Shown here piece after piece: positions 1 to 9,799 of a stretch of DNA of 61,325 nucleotides (positions are counted from its first letter, which is position 1; the number at the start of each line of letters is the position of its first letter). Source of the DNA: an uncultured Hyphomicrobiales bacterium (GTDB taxonomy: Bacteria; Bacteroidota; Ignavibacteria; Kapaibacteriales; UBA2268). Under the pieces are notes generated by a model. That model ran no database searches and was not told the origin of the DNA. It saw nothing but the letters and a program-made list of their open reading frames with translations. The stretch spans positions 1-61,325 of the forward strand of contig CAZSWR010000006.1 in assembly GCA_964610885.1 (NCBI GenBank), read 5' to 3'. The translations under genes and the position numbers were made by a program.

Positions 1-647
1 CGACCATGCTCGGAATCGGCCGCGAACTTAATCTGAAAATGCGCGTATTATTTACATCGATGGAACAGCCTTTGGGCTGCGCCGTCGGCAATTGGCTCGA
101 GATCGTCGAGAGCGAAGAATCGCTTCGCGGGAATGCCCCGGCAGACATTCGCGAGCTGACCGAACGGTTGACAGCCGCAATGCTCACCGCCGGCGGAATT
201 GCCAAAGACACCGAGAGCGCAATCGAAATGGTGCGCCGAGCATGGGATTCCGGCGCTGCGCTCCAGAAATTCTATTCGATGATAAGCGAGCAGGGCGGTT
301 CGCTCGAGGCGGCCCGGAAAGAATACGCCAGCACTCCGACCGAAGCAATTAGAAGCACCGGCGAAGGCTACATCACCGCGTTCGACACGCGCGCAATCGG
401 CCTGGCAGGAATTATCCTCGGGGCTGGCCGCATGAAACAAGACGACGTGATCGACTATTCGGCCGGATTCATCTTCGAAAAGAAAATTGGAGATTACGTG
501 CGCCCCGGCGACACAATCGCAACAATGTACGGCAGGAAAACCGAATCTTTCGGCGCTTGCCAAGAAAAAGTCCTCGAGGCCATCACTCTCGGCAGCCAGC
601 CGAATTCGGGTTTGGCCCCGCTCGTACTTGATGAATGGGAAAGCTAA
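1..647 (+). CDS. deoA: Pyrimidine-nucleoside / thymidine phosphorylase, C-terminal ~213 aa (5' end outside window)
   Basis: Frame is open to the window edge. The translation (FTSMEQPLGCAVGNWLEI...IGLAGIILGAGR...DVIDYSAGF...) fits the conserved core and C-terminal domain of the thymidine/pyrimidine-nucleoside phosphorylase family. Confidence 0.85.
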   Translation, partial: TMLGIGRELNLKMRVLFTSMEQPLGCAVGNWLEIVESEESLRGNAPADIRELTERLTAAMLTAGGIAKDTESAIEMVRRAWDSGAALQKFYSMISEQGGSLEAARKEYASTPTEAIRSTGEGYITAFDTRAIGLAGIILGAGRMKQDDVIDYSAGFIFEKKIGDYVRPGDTIATMYGRKTESFGACQEKVLEAITLGSQPNSGLAPLVLDEWES

Positions 648-718
648 ACGCAGCAAGAACTTTATTTGCACATGAAATGAATTATCGATTGAATTGAAAA
701 TCGTAACCGGAGATAAAT

Positions 719-1462
719 ATGATTACTCTAAACGTTAACGTTGACCATTTTGCCACCGTGCGCAACGCCCGTGGCGGAGCCGAGCCGGATCCCGTCGCGG
801 CCGCGATGATAGCCGAATTGGCCGGAGCCAGCGGCATCGTCTGCCACCTGCGCGAGGATAGGCGCCACATCAAAGACTTGGACCTGGAGCGAATCCGCAA
901 ATCAGTGCAAACTAAGCTCGATTTGGAGATGGGCGCCAACGAAGAAATTATTGAAATTGCGCTTCGGACACTCCCCGAATTGGTTACCATCGTCCCCGAA
1001 AAGCGCCAAGAACTCACCACCGAGGGCGGGCTGAACGTGGCCGAAAACATTCCGCGATTCGCGAAACTCTGCTCGAGAATGCACGACAAAGGTATCGAAG
1101 TCAGCTTCTTCGTCGAACCAAACGAAGAACAAATCGACGCTTGCGTGGTGGCTGGCGCAGACATGGTGGAATTGCACACGGGAACCTACGCCAACCTGCG
1201 GCGCCCGGCCGAAATCGACGCTGAGTTCGCCCACTTGAAACGCTCCGCCGAATACGCACATTCCGCCGGACTCAAAGTGGCTGCCGGACATGGACTGAAC
1301 TATGAAAACACAAAGAGGATTTGCGCAATTCATGCAATCAACGAGCTTAGCATCGGCCATTCGCTCGTGGCCAGGGCAATGTTCTTCGGATTGGAAACTG
1401 CCGTGCGGGACATGGTGAACCTGATCAATACACACTATTCGCTTAGTTTAAGAAATAAATAG
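719..1462 (+). CDS. pdxJ: Pyridoxine 5'-phosphate synthase
   Basis: 247 aa. LNVNVDHFATVRNARGG...CHLREDRRHI...HGLNY are hallmark PdxJ motifs, and the length is typical. Confidence 0.92.
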   Translation: MITLNVNVDHFATVRNARGGAEPDPVAAAMIAELAGASGIVCHLREDRRHIKDLDLERIRKSVQTKLDLEMGANEEIIEIALRTLPELVTIVPEKRQELTTEGGLNVAENIPRFAKLCSRMHDKGIEVSFFVEPNEEQIDACVVAGADMVELHTGTYANLRRPAEIDAEFAHLKRSAEYAHSAGLKVAAGHGLNYENTKRICAIHAINELSIGHSLVARAMFFGLETAVRDMVNLINTHYSLSLRNK

Positions 1463-1518
1463 GCAGCGGCCTCTTTATTTTTTACCTGGCATTGTTCATT
1501 AATATTTGACATATTTGC

Positions 1519-1738
1519 AATACCCTCATCCCCGGCCCTTCTCCCGACGGGAGGATGGAGTAAGAAAACGGGTTTTGCAGGAAGGATACTGTCTCAAAAG
1601 CGCGAAATGCTGTTGTTTTGTCATGTTGAACGAAGTGAAACATCCAAATTTAGCATTGACTTATGAATGGCAATGGATTCTTCACTACGTTCAGAATGAC
1701 ACTTTTGAGACAGTCCCTATAGGGTTTGAGGGTTTTTC
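1519..1738 (+). repeat. Interspersed repeat family E (CCCTTCTCCCGACGGGAG hairpin ... GGGTTTGAGGGTTTTTC), interrupted by a nested fold-back element
   Basis: The two flanks (1519-1583 and 1718-1738) align by eye with the reverse complement of 52552-52664. The second copy lacks the 134-bp insert. Confidence 0.75.
1584..1717 (+). mobile_element. MITE-like fold-back element (family A), copy 1
   Basis: Terminal inverted repeats GGATACTGTCTCAAAAG / CTTTTGAGACAGTCCC. A second internal inverted pair is GTCATGTTGAACGAAGTGAAACATCC / GGATTCTTCACTACGTTCAGAATGAC. About nine in ten positions match the reverse complement of 3870-4000. Confidence 0.8.
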
Positions 1739-1817
1739 AAAAGAACAATTATAAAGGAAAGATTAACAAGAATTCTTTTCCCCTAAATTATTAATTTATA
1801 AGAATAGAAGCTAAAGT

Positions 1818-3737
1818 ATGTGCGGAATCGTTGGAATCGTCGAAATAAGTAAGAGCAACTCGGGAATCGGCTCCGATTTGCTGAAAACCATGTGCAACGA
1901 GATAATCCATCGCGGGCCGGACTCGGAGGGCCAGTGGGTGGCCCCAACGAAGAAATGCGGTTTGGGATTCAGGCGGCTATCGATTATCGACCTGAGCGAA
2001 AACGGCAACCAGCCCATGGTTACCGGCGACGGCAACTTCGCGATTGCCTTCAATGGCGAGATTTACGACCACGAAACGCTGCGCAACGAGCTTATCGGCC
2101 AAGGATACGAATACCGCTCGCGAACGGATACGGAAACGATTCTCAACGGGTATCGCCAATTCGGTGCCGACGTCGTGGGCAAGCTGCACGGCATGTGGAG
2201 CTTTGCTATATGGGACGAAAACCGCCAAGAACTTTTTGCATCGAGGGACAGAATCGGCAAAAAGCCATTTTATTACTATTACAAAGATGGCGTGTTTGTG
2301 TTCGGTTCGGAAATCAAATCAATTCTGAAACACCCGGCTGTTTCGGCCGAACTCAATATCGATGAATTGCCGAAGTACATGAACCTGGGCATGAGCGGCT
2401 CGAATGAATCGCTTTTCAAAGGGATACACAAATTGCCACCGGCGCATTTCCTGCGTTTGAAGTCCAACGGCGATTTGGAGATTCGCAGGTATTGGAACCC
2501 GATGGAGGCAGCTGCCGTACCTTTGGAAATGGGCGAAAAGGAAATCGGCACGGAGATTCTGAATATACTTCGTTCGGCGATTAAAGACCGAATGATGAGC
2601 GATGTCCCGTTTGGCGTATTCCTGAGCGGCGGAGTCGATTCGAGCGTGAACGTGGCGCTTATGGCCGAACTGATGACGCGCCCCATAGACACATTCACTG
2701 TTGGCTTCAAGGAATTGGAGCAGTACAATGAATTGGGCTATGCCCGGCAGATTTCAGAACTCTTCCACACAAACCACCACGAAATACTGATCGACAGCCG
2801 CGACGCCTTCCCTATCCTCGAGGAATTGCCCTGGTACGAAGACGAACCGAACGGCGACCCAGTTTGCATTCCTCTATATTTCCTGAGCAAACTGACACGC
2901 GACTCGGGCACGACTGTGGTGCAGGTGGGCGAGGGCAGCGACGAGCAGTTCATGGGCTACACCGCGATGCTTCGCGACTATAACTTCTACAACAGTTACT
3001 ACAAAAAATTTGCGGCGCTTCCCGCTTTCCTGCGAAATGCCGGATACGGAACGGCCAGGAAGCTACTCAAAAGCTCGAAACAACTCACCGCGCTCGAATA
3101 CATTCGCAAAGCCGCCAAACGCGAAGACATGTTTTGGGGCAATACATCGATTTTCAGCCCTTCGCACCAATCCAAGGTGTTCGCAGACGCCTATTCGCAT
3201 TTGGCAGCGATACCGGCCGAATATGGTGCCGAATTGAATAGGCAAGTGGAGACTCTTGCGCCCACCATAACAGACCTACAGAGAATCGCACTCATCGAAT
3301 TTGCATACAGGCTGCCGGAAATGCTGCTGATGCGCGTGGACAAAATCGGCATGGCGCATTCGATCGAGGCGCGTGTGCCGTTCTTGGACTACCGATTGGT
3401 CGAGTTCGGGCTTAGGATCCCGCAAAGCCTGAAAGTGCCGGACAAGCACACCACGAAATACATACTCAAGAAAGCAGTCGAATCGATACTGCCACACGAA
3501 ATCATTTACCGCCGCAAGCAAGGCTTCTGGGCGCCGGTCAACGAGTGGTTCCGCAACGAATGGGCCACCTACACCCGATCGAAGATCCTCGGCTCTCCCC
3601 TATTTGCGCGGGGCATATTCAATTTCGACTACGTCAAACACATCATCGAAGCGCACGAGCTTGGCAAGGAAAACAACGGATTGCGCATTTACAACCTGCT
3701 TCAGCTGGCGATCTGGCACGAGAGGTTTATGGAGTGA
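1818..3737 (+). CDS. asnB: Asparagine synthase (glutamine-hydrolysing)
   Basis: 639 aa. N-terminal MCGI(V/A)G Ntn-amidotransferase nucleophile, SGGVDSS PP-loop, typical AsnB length. Confidence 0.92.
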   Translation: MCGIVGIVEISKSNSGIGSDLLKTMCNEIIHRGPDSEGQWVAPTKKCGLGFRRLSIIDLSENGNQPMVTGDGNFAIAFNGEIYDHETLRNELIGQGYEYRSRTDTETILNGYRQFGADVVGKLHGMWSFAIWDENRQELFASRDRIGKKPFYYYYKDGVFVFGSEIKSILKHPAVSAELNIDELPKYMNLGMSGSNESLFKGIHKLPPAHFLRLKSNGDLEIRRYWNPMEAAAVPLEMGEKEIGTEILNILRSAIKDRMMSDVPFGVFLSGGVDSSVNVALMAELMTRPIDTFTVGFKELEQYNELGYARQISELFHTNHHEILIDSRDAFPILEELPWYEDEPNGDPVCIPLYFLSKLTRDSGTTVVQVGEGSDEQFMGYTAMLRDYNFYNSYYKKFAALPAFLRNAGYGTARKLLKSSKQLTALEYIRKAAKREDMFWGNTSIFSPSHQSKVFADAYSHLAAIPAEYGAELNRQVETLAPTITDLQRIALIEFAYRLPEMLLMRVDKIGMAHSIEARVPFLDYRLVEFGLRIPQSLKVPDKHTTKYILKKAVESILPHEIIYRRKQGFWAPVNEWFRNEWATYTRSKILGSPLFARGIFNFDYVKHIIEAHELGKENNGLRIYNLLQLAIWHERFME

Positions 3738-3814
3738 TTTGGGTGTGGGCTTAAGCTCTGGCTTAATTCCCAATACTACATGCATTCTTCAAGAAAAGTA
3801 ATAGTTTTGTACTG

Positions 3815-4110
3815 ATACCGCGTGAGCGGTTGTTGTATTGTAGCGAGTTGTTTCCCCTTTGCATGTCATGGGACTGTCTAATAAGTGTCATTCTCAAGCG
3901 AAGTGAAGAATCCATGCCATTCATAAGTCCTTGCTAATAATGGATGTTTCACTTCGTTCAACATGACAAAAACAGTTTTTCGGGCTTTTGAGACAGTCCC
4001 TGTTATCATTCTCGGCTCCGAAGTAACCAAACATATAAAACATTCGCTACGCGAAATCTTGCCTAAAAATTACAAGGATATTGCTACAATATAACAACCG
4101 CTATGCGGTA
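3815..4110 (+). mobile_element. TIR-bounded repeat (family B) carrying a nested family-A element
   Basis: About 30-bp termini ATACCGCGTGAGCGGTTGTTGTATTGTAGCGA (3815-3846) and TTGCTACAATATAACAACCGCTATGCGGTA (4081-4110) are inverted repeats. The body aligns with 53645-53821. Confidence 0.75.
3870..4000 (-). mobile_element. MITE-like fold-back element (family A), copy 2, inverted relative to copy 1
   Basis: GGGACTGTCT...AGACAGTCCC termini. It is the reverse complement of 1584-1717. It sits inside family B at a position that is uninterrupted in the other B copy. Confidence 0.8.
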
Positions 4111-4225
4111 AAAATCATTTCGATACTAACAAATCGCTAATATTGGTATTTGGTACAGTAGCCATACAAAAAAGTTATCAGCCATTTTTACTTCGGTAGC
4201 CATCGGATGAGTTACAATGCGCATT

Positions 4226-4302
4226 ATGCAGTCCCTTCAGAAGGTTAATGCCTCTCGATTCTTTTGAGCAAGACGTATGTTTTGAAACCTTCGGAAGGGT
4301 TT
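4226..4302 (-). repeat. Interspersed repeat family F (two CCTTCnGAAGG hairpins)
   Basis: The reverse complement aligns with 15397-15477 (AACCCTTCCGAAGGTTTCA...GGCATTA.ACTTC.GAAGGG..CTGCAT). Partial copies lie near 23745-23762 and 44070-44085. Confidence 0.7.
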
Positions 4303-4379
4303 GCCCTCAACTCCGCGCTTACTGAGTTTGACGAAGTATCTCCCGCCGAACGAGAGATTTTATATTTTGCTTTGTGTAT

Positions 4380-4398
4380 GGGCGAGGTTACCTCGCCC
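4380..4398. repeat. 19-bp palindrome GGGCGAGGTTACCTCGCCC
   Basis: An exact reverse-complement copy is present at 29661-29679. Confidence 0.8.
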
Positions 4399-4450
4399 CC
4401 ACATTATACTTCGCCATAGAACATTTTCTGCAAAAGTAATAGTTTTCAAT

Positions 4451-7399
4451 CTATTGATCAATTACGTTCCTGATTTTCTTCGCCAAATCCTTTAGCGAGA
4501 ATGGTTTCTGAATGAAATTCACATCCGCGTCCAAGTAATTGAAGTGCGATATGACGTCCGTCGTGTAGCCGGACATAAAGATCACCTTTTTATCGGGCAC
4601 GATGGTGGAAATCTCGTCGTAAAGTGTTTTACCGTTCGTGTCGGGCAGTATCACGTCGGAGAGTATCAAATCGATCGCGTCCCCCCTATCTCTGATGATC
4701 TGAATAGTTTCTTGGCCATTTTCGGCGGAGAGCACTTTGTAGCCGATGCTTGCCAGCAAATCGACGGTCATCGTCCGGACTTGTTCGTCGTCTTCGATGA
4801 CGAGCAATGTTTCCTTGCCCCGAGGAATTGTATCGCTTTCGGTACTGGCTTCGTTTGAAGTGTCCCTGTGGTCGGCAGCGGGAAAATAGATACGGAAAGT
4901 GGTACCTTTGCCAAGGTCGCTATAGACCCTGATATGCCCGCCATGCTGGTTCACAATCCCGTGGACAGTTGCAAGGCCCAATCCGGTTCCGCGGCCCAAA
5001 CCTTTCGTCGTGAAGAAAGGCTCGAAGACTTTATCTTGAATTTCTTTTTCGATGCCTTTGCCTGTATCGCTAACCGTAACCTTGACGTAATCGCCCGACG
5101 GAATGGCAACGCCGCCGTGGAGTTCGAAATCCTTTTCGACGGACACGTTCTCGGTTTGGATGAACAGATGGCCGCCGTCCGGCATAGCGTCTTGGGCGTT
5201 GATGCACAGATTCATGATGATTTGTTCGATTTGCCCTTTGTCGGCAAGGATTTTCCTGAGGCCGGGCTGGAATTTGTATTTGATGCTAATATTCTCTCTC
5301 AGTGTCCGTTTGAGAATCCGGCTAAACTCTTCGACGACTTCCGACAAATCAATTGTCTGGAACTCTAAGGATTGCTTGCGTGCGAAGGCGAGGAGTTGCC
5401 GCACCATATCGCGTGAACTAAGGACAGATTTGATGATATTTTCGAGCCTTGAGCGGCGTTTGTCGCCTTCGGGCAATTCATTTAGCAGAACCTCGGAGTA
5501 ACCGATGATCGGGGTCAGCATATTATTGATATCATGGGCGATACCGCCGGCGAGCCGCCCCAGGGACTCGATTTTCTGGGCCTGGATTAGCTGTTCTTCG
5601 AGTTCCTTGCTCCTGGCCTCTTGGATTTTCCTTTCGGTAACGTCCCGGACGATAGAGATCGTCATTTGTTCGCCGGAGTATTCCATCCGTGTCAGCGAAA
5701 CTTCTGCATAGAATTCTTCGCCATTTTTCCGAGTGTGCAACCATTCAAAATTCTGAGGCTCGCCCTTCGACACTGCATCGAAATATTTGTGTATAAGGTT
5801 TTCGCTCGATTCGCCCGAAGGCTGGAACTCGGGCGAAAAATGTGCCGGCGAATGCCCTACAAATTCGTCTTTGTTTATTTTGAAGATTTGCCCGGTCGAA
5901 ATATTGCAATCATAAAAGACAGAGTCTTTGATCAAGCTGATGGAATCCTTTATCGAATCGAAGAGGATCCTGAAACGATTCTCGCTTTGGCGGATTGATT
6001 CTTCGTCTTTCTTTTTATTTGTAATGTCGCTAACGAGGACAATTCCGGCGATAATGATTCCTTCGGTGTCCCTGACGGGGGAAACGTTGGCCGACACCCA
6101 ATTCAATGAATTGTCTTTATGCCAAATAATAAACTCTTGGTTTACGAACACTTCGCCGCGCCTAATTGCTTTGATAATCGAACGTTCTTCGTTCGAGACG
6201 ACGGAAAGCGTATTGGGATTCATAATTGTAACATTCGACGTAAATGTGTCGTAGTCCACGCCAACGGCTTGCTCACGATTGAATGAGAAGGTTTCGATTG
6301 CAGCGCGGTTGCACGTCAGCACGCCGAGCGTTTCGGCATCGACGACGACAATTCCCGTCGGCGAGCCGGTGATTGCTGCGCCAAGCAATGCCAATGCCCT
6401 TTCGTTTTCCTTTTGCACCTTCCCGATAATTGCATCTGCCGACCTACGGATTTCTTCGCGCCTATAAGCAAATATTCTACGAACCAACAAAACAACTGAA
6501 ATAACAATTCCGCCGAGTATCAGCAACAAAAGGAACGAAAGTCGGTTCCGCAGCTCGGCAATGTGTTTCAGCGCTTCCTCTTCGGGAGCGGTTACGCAAA
6601 TGGACCATACGACGTTCTCGATACGAATTGGGGCAAAATAAGCATATTTCTTCTCGCCATTGACTCCATCCGGCCCCAAGAAATACGAATATTTGCCTTC
6701 CTCGCCGGCGCGCATCTTGTCTGTCATTTGCGCAATGGGTTTGTTCTTGAGCATCATCTCATAGACTGACTTTCCAATATTTTCCGAGATTGGCGAATAC
6801 AGTTGCAAACCATCTTGGTTTATTAAAACTGCATAGCCGCTTTTCCCGATTGCAATTTTTTCGATATAGCGCTTCGAAACTTCAGAAAATGAAAACAACA
6901 CGGCAAGAGTGCCGCAGAATTTGCCGTTATCGAAAACCGGGACGTGCAAAGCAACTGTTTTGAAGCCTTGGACAGACATAAAAATATTGCTTAGTACGGG
7001 TTCGTGAGTTCTGAAAGCGAGTTTTATGTGAGGTTGCAAGGAAACATCTTTCCCAATGGAGTTTTCTTCCGGATAGGTATAGACGATCCTCATATTTGAA
7101 TCGACGCGAGTTATCGACAGGATGGTCTCGGATTGTGCCTTGTATAGGTTTTTCAAAAGTTGCCGGCCGTCGGGAGTATTTTTTGCAATTGCTTCGTTCT
7201 GGCCAAGGAATACCAATAATTGTTTGTAGTATTTAAAATATTCTTCCAATCCGTTGGCCGCCTGCATACACAAAATTTTCTCTTGAAAATACAGACGGTC
7301 AATTGAATCCTCTTTTGCTTGGTTATCGATTGAAACGAAAAAGTAAATGCCGGCGGAAGCCAGTCCCAATAACGAAATTAAGTATATAATATATTTCAT
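4451..7399 (-). CDS. Hybrid sensor histidine kinase (periplasmic Cache-like domain, PAS repeats, HisKA, HATPase, C-terminal receiver)
   Basis: 982 aa. N-terminal TM, ~270-aa extracytoplasmic region and a second TM. H-box [15 protein letters not shown]-box [13 protein letters not shown]. Receiver [11 protein letters not shown]...[11 protein letters not shown]. Confidence 0.9.
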   Translation of the reverse strand: MKYIIYLISLLGLASAGIYFFVSIDNQAKEDSIDRLYFQEKILCMQAANGLEEYFKYYKQLLVFLGQNEAIAKNTPDGRQLLKNLYKAQSETILSITRVDSNMRIVYTYPEENSIGKDVSLQPHIKLAFRTHEPVLSNIFMSVQGFKTVALHVPVFDNGKFCGTLAVLFSFSEVSKRYIEKIAIGKSGYAVLINQDGLQLYSPISENIGKSVYEMMLKNKPIAQMTDKMRAGEEGKYSYFLGPDGVNGEKKYAYFAPIRIENVVWSICVTAPEEEALKHIAELRNRLSFLLLLILGGIVISVVLLVRRIFAYRREEIRRSADAIIGKVQKENERALALLGAAITGSPTGIVVVDAETLGVLTCNRAAIETFSFNREQAVGVDYDTFTSNVTIMNPNTLSVVSNEERSIIKAIRRGEVFVNQEFIIWHKDNSLNWVSANVSPVRDTEGIIIAGIVLVSDITNKKKDEESIRQSENRFRILFDSIKDSISLIKDSVFYDCNISTGQIFKINKDEFVGHSPAHFSPEFQPSGESSENLIHKYFDAVSKGEPQNFEWLHTRKNGEEFYAEVSLTRMEYSGEQMTISIVRDVTERKIQEARSKELEEQLIQAQKIESLGRLAGGIAHDINNMLTPIIGYSEVLLNELPEGDKRRSRLENIIKSVLSSRDMVRQLLAFARKQSLEFQTIDLSEVVEEFSRILKRTLRENISIKYKFQPGLRKILADKGQIEQIIMNLCINAQDAMPDGGHLFIQTENVSVEKDFELHGGVAIPSGDYVKVTVSDTGKGIEKEIQDKVFEPFFTTKGLGRGTGLGLATVHGIVNQHGGHIRVYSDLGKGTTFRIYFPAADHRDTSNEASTESDTIPRGKETLLVIEDDEQVRTMTVDLLASIGYKVLSAENGQETIQIIRDRGDAIDLILSDVILPDTNGKTLYDEISTIVPDKKVIFMSGYTTDVISHFNYLDADVNFIQKPFSLKDLAKKIRNVIDQ

Positions 7400-7982
7400 C
7401 GGCTATAAGCATTCCTTTCTTCCATTCCGAATCGGGATCAACCAATTCACATTGGATCTTTTTGCAAACAAAATTCCAAAGCTGCAAATGCCACCTTAAT
7501 TGCTTATACAGTACCAACATAGGATGGGCAGCATGATCGATCCTATGCCCCATTGCGATCTGCCCCCAATGTTGCGAACTCGAGAGAATGGAGGCGTTGT
7601 TTAAAATAAGCGGATGCTTATTCCCTATGTCAATATTACAATATATGATATACATTTATTAAATACAAATAAAAATAAAAATCGGCCATCGGAACTATTC
7701 TATTTTTGATTTATGGTTCAATAACGATTGGTGTGTGTTATTTACAAGCTGATTGTCGATCAACTTTAAAATGTGTACATTGATAAAAACCACAGCAAGT
7801 GCTTTTACCTTTAATTCTCCAATTTTCCTCAAAGTGAAGAACTGATTAATTGATATTAATCTTGAAACTTTCATCTCATTTTTGCGTTATTTTGTACTTG
7901 ACATAGATACAGGCCTTCGCGCTTTAAGCCTCGACGGAAAGGATCCGGAAAGCGTTATTTATTAATTATTTAGGAGATTCCA

Positions 7983-8099
7983 ATGAAAACTGTCAATCTA
8001 ACACCCGCCGCCGCAATGCCATGGCAAATTGCACAAACATCAGCATTCTTTACAATTACAAAGTTGAAACATTATAAACGAAAAGGCAGGCTTATATGA
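7983..8099 (+). CDS. Candidate 38-aa leader ORF overlapping the MATE start (ATGA)
   Basis: AGGAGA (7972-7977) lies 5 nt upstream of the ATG at 7983. Translation is MKTVNLTPAAAMPWQIAQTSAFFTITKLKHYKRKGRLI. The stop TGA (8097-8099) overlaps the ATG (8096-8098) of the transporter. The ORF is below the 60-aa cutoff of the supplied track. Confidence 0.35.
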   Translation: MKTVNLTPAAAMPWQIAQTSAFFTITKLKHYKRKGRLI

Positions 8100-9541
8100 C
8101 AAGTATAATTAAATACTCTTGGCAATTACTCTTCAGCGAGTTACGCAATTTAAAACTCAGTTCGGCCCGAAGGCTCCTTGTGGAATCCATTCGCGGCAAC
8201 AATTACAACTTCACCGAGATCAAACTCCTCAAAGCTTTTTCTCTTCTTGCCATCCCTATGGTTATCGAAATGATGATGGAATCGATATTCGCGATTTCCG
8301 ACATTTTCTTTGTGTCCAAACTTGGCCCCGACGCTGTGGCCGTCGTTGGGCTGACCGAATCCGTTATGACTATTATCTACTCAATTGCTCTCGGATTGTG
8401 CATGGCCGCCATGGCAGTCGTTTCGCGCCGCACCGGCGAGGGCAATTCCGAAGGTGCCAACCATGCAGCATTCCAAGCAATAGTTGCAGGATTAATATTT
8501 TCTGCCGTGCTAACGCTGCCCGGAATAATCTTCTCGGACGACATATTGCGCCTGATGGGCGCGAGCGATGCCGCCCTTGCGCACCACTCCGGCTATACGA
8601 AACTAATGCTCGGAGCGAATGTAATCGTTTTTCTACTATTTATTATTAATTCAGTTTTTCGCGCAGCCGGCGATGCCGCCATCACGCTCCGCATATTGAT
8701 ACTCAGCAACTTGCTGAATATTGCCCTCTGCCCTATCTTCATTTTCGGGTACCTCGGGGCGCCCGCATTGGGCACCGAGGGGGCGGCCGTGGCGACGGTA
8801 GTATCTCGCGGTTTGGGCGTTTTGCTTCAGCTCTACTATTTGTTTAGTGGGAAAAATCGAATTCGTCTATTCTTCCACACTTTGCGCGTGGATTGGCAAA
8901 TCGTTACAGAGATCTTCAAGATTTCTCTGGGCGCCATCGGCCAGAACCTTATCGCAATGAGCAGCTGGGTGCTTCTGATGCGATTCATTTCCGATTTCGG
9001 CAGTTCGGTAACGGCCGGCTACACGATCGCCCTTCGCATCCTGTTCTTTGTGCTAATGCCTACGATGGGCATCAGCAACTCGGCAGCCGCGCTCGTGGGG
9101 CAGAACTTGGGCGCAGGCAAGCCCGAACGCGCAAGCGATGCCGTCAAGCTGGCCTGCATGGTCAATTTCATTGTGCTTTCGATTGCCACACTGCTGCTTT
9201 TCTTCGGATCGGGATTCATGGTGAATCTATTTATCGAAGACGGCATTGCAGCAGCACACGGCACTTTTAGCCTGAAGATCATCAGTTTGGGACTTGTGTT
9301 CTATGGCTGGGGCGCAGTTTTCTTGCACTCCATCAATGGAGCCGGCGACACCAAAACGCCTACCAAGTTGAACTTCCTCATCTTTTGGATCATTGAATTG
9401 CCTTTGGCCTATGTGCTTGCGTTTTCGTCTGGCTTCGGCGATGCAGGGATCTATTGGGCAATCGTGATTTCGGAAACCACTCTTACGCTGCTCTCGGCGA
9501 GGTTATTCATGCGAGGGAAGTGGAAAACGGTAACTGTTTAG
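8096..9541 (+). CDS. MATE family multidrug/toxin efflux transporter
   Basis: 481 aa with about 12 hydrophobic helices. Typical MATE N-terminus (LAIPMVIEMMMESIF..SDIFFVS.LG..A.AAVGL) and an internal duplication. Confidence 0.88.
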   Translation: MTSIIKYSWQLLFSELRNLKLSSARRLLVESIRGNNYNFTEIKLLKAFSLLAIPMVIEMMMESIFAISDIFFVSKLGPDAVAVVGLTESVMTIIYSIALGLCMAAMAVVSRRTGEGNSEGANHAAFQAIVAGLIFSAVLTLPGIIFSDDILRLMGASDAALAHHSGYTKLMLGANVIVFLLFIINSVFRAAGDAAITLRILILSNLLNIALCPIFIFGYLGAPALGTEGAAVATVVSRGLGVLLQLYYLFSGKNRIRLFFHTLRVDWQIVTEIFKISLGAIGQNLIAMSSWVLLMRFISDFGSSVTAGYTIALRILFFVLMPTMGISNSAAALVGQNLGAGKPERASDAVKLACMVNFIVLSIATLLLFFGSGFMVNLFIEDGIAAAHGTFSLKIISLGLVFYGWGAVFLHSINGAGDTKTPTKLNFLIFWIIELPLAYVLAFSSGFGDAGIYWAIVISETTLTLLSARLFMRGKWKTVTV

Positions 9542-9548
9542 TGCAGTT

Positions 9549-9597
9549 GTAGGGGTTCATTTTGTTATTGTAGGTGTTCAAAATTTTGAACCCCTAC
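9549..9597. repeat. GTAG-headed palindromic repeat (family P), 48-bp unit
   Basis: GTAGGGGTTCATTTTGTTATT followed by GTAGGTGTTCAAAATTTTGAACCCCTAC. Starts 8 bp after the MATE stop. A direct repeat of it lies at 9748-9796. Confidence 0.85.
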
Positions 9598-9735
9598 ATT
9601 TATTTTCATTTGTTGCCCGTTAATAATTATCATCAAATGCACATGGTTGGGCATAATGATTGATCTCGGATAATGGAAAATCAACAGGGATATCCTCAAT
9701 ACATTTTTCAACAATTTTACCAACGGCATCCAAAT
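9565..9735 (-). pseudogene. Relic of an HUH Y1 transposase gene (IS200/IS605 or RAYT-like): internal fragment, frameshifted
   Basis: The minus strand reads LDAVGKIVEKCIEDIPVDFPLSEI, then a frame change, then IIMPNHVHLMIIINGQQMKINVGVQNFEHLQ*. MPNHVH is the HUH motif context of Y1 transposases. No N-terminal part and no catalytic-Tyr C-terminal part is present. Confidence 0.55.
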
Positions 9736-9747
9736 TCAATTGTTGGT

Positions 9748-9796
9748 GTTGGGGTTCATTTTGTTATTGTAGGGGTTCAAAATTTTGAACCCCTAC
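9748..9796. repeat. GTAG-headed palindromic repeat (family P), 48-bp unit
   Basis: GTTGGGGTTCATTTTGTTATT followed by the perfect 28-bp palindrome GTAGGGGTTCAAAATTTTGAACCCCTAC (9769-9796). Confidence 0.85.
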
Positions 9797-9799
9797 TTG

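Noticed and set aside
1506-1754. 82-aa ORF in the track, and similar ORFs at 4301-4495, 53163-53408, 53464-53742, 53715-53930 and 53822-54010.
   Set aside because: They lie entirely within interspersed repeat copies (families A, B, E, F and palindromes). They have no SD or start context, and their 'peptides' are just translations of hairpin repeats.
7323-7655. 110-aa minus-strand ORF overlapping the 5' end of the hybrid kinase gene, and a hairpin CATAGGAT-n14-ATCCTATG at 7519-7548.
   Set aside because: The ORF overlaps the kinase start in another frame and has no motif. The hairpin lies upstream of the kinase gene and may be an operator, but I have no evidence for a function.
7898-7980. Possible riboswitch in the MATE leader (TTGACA-like box, then GGCCTTCGCGC...CGACGGAAAGGATCCGGAAAGCG).
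   Set aside because: I cannot match it to the conserved cores of guanidine, fluoride, PreQ1 or other efflux-associated riboswitch classes by eye. No convincing -10 element follows the TTGACA. An Rfam scan would be needed.
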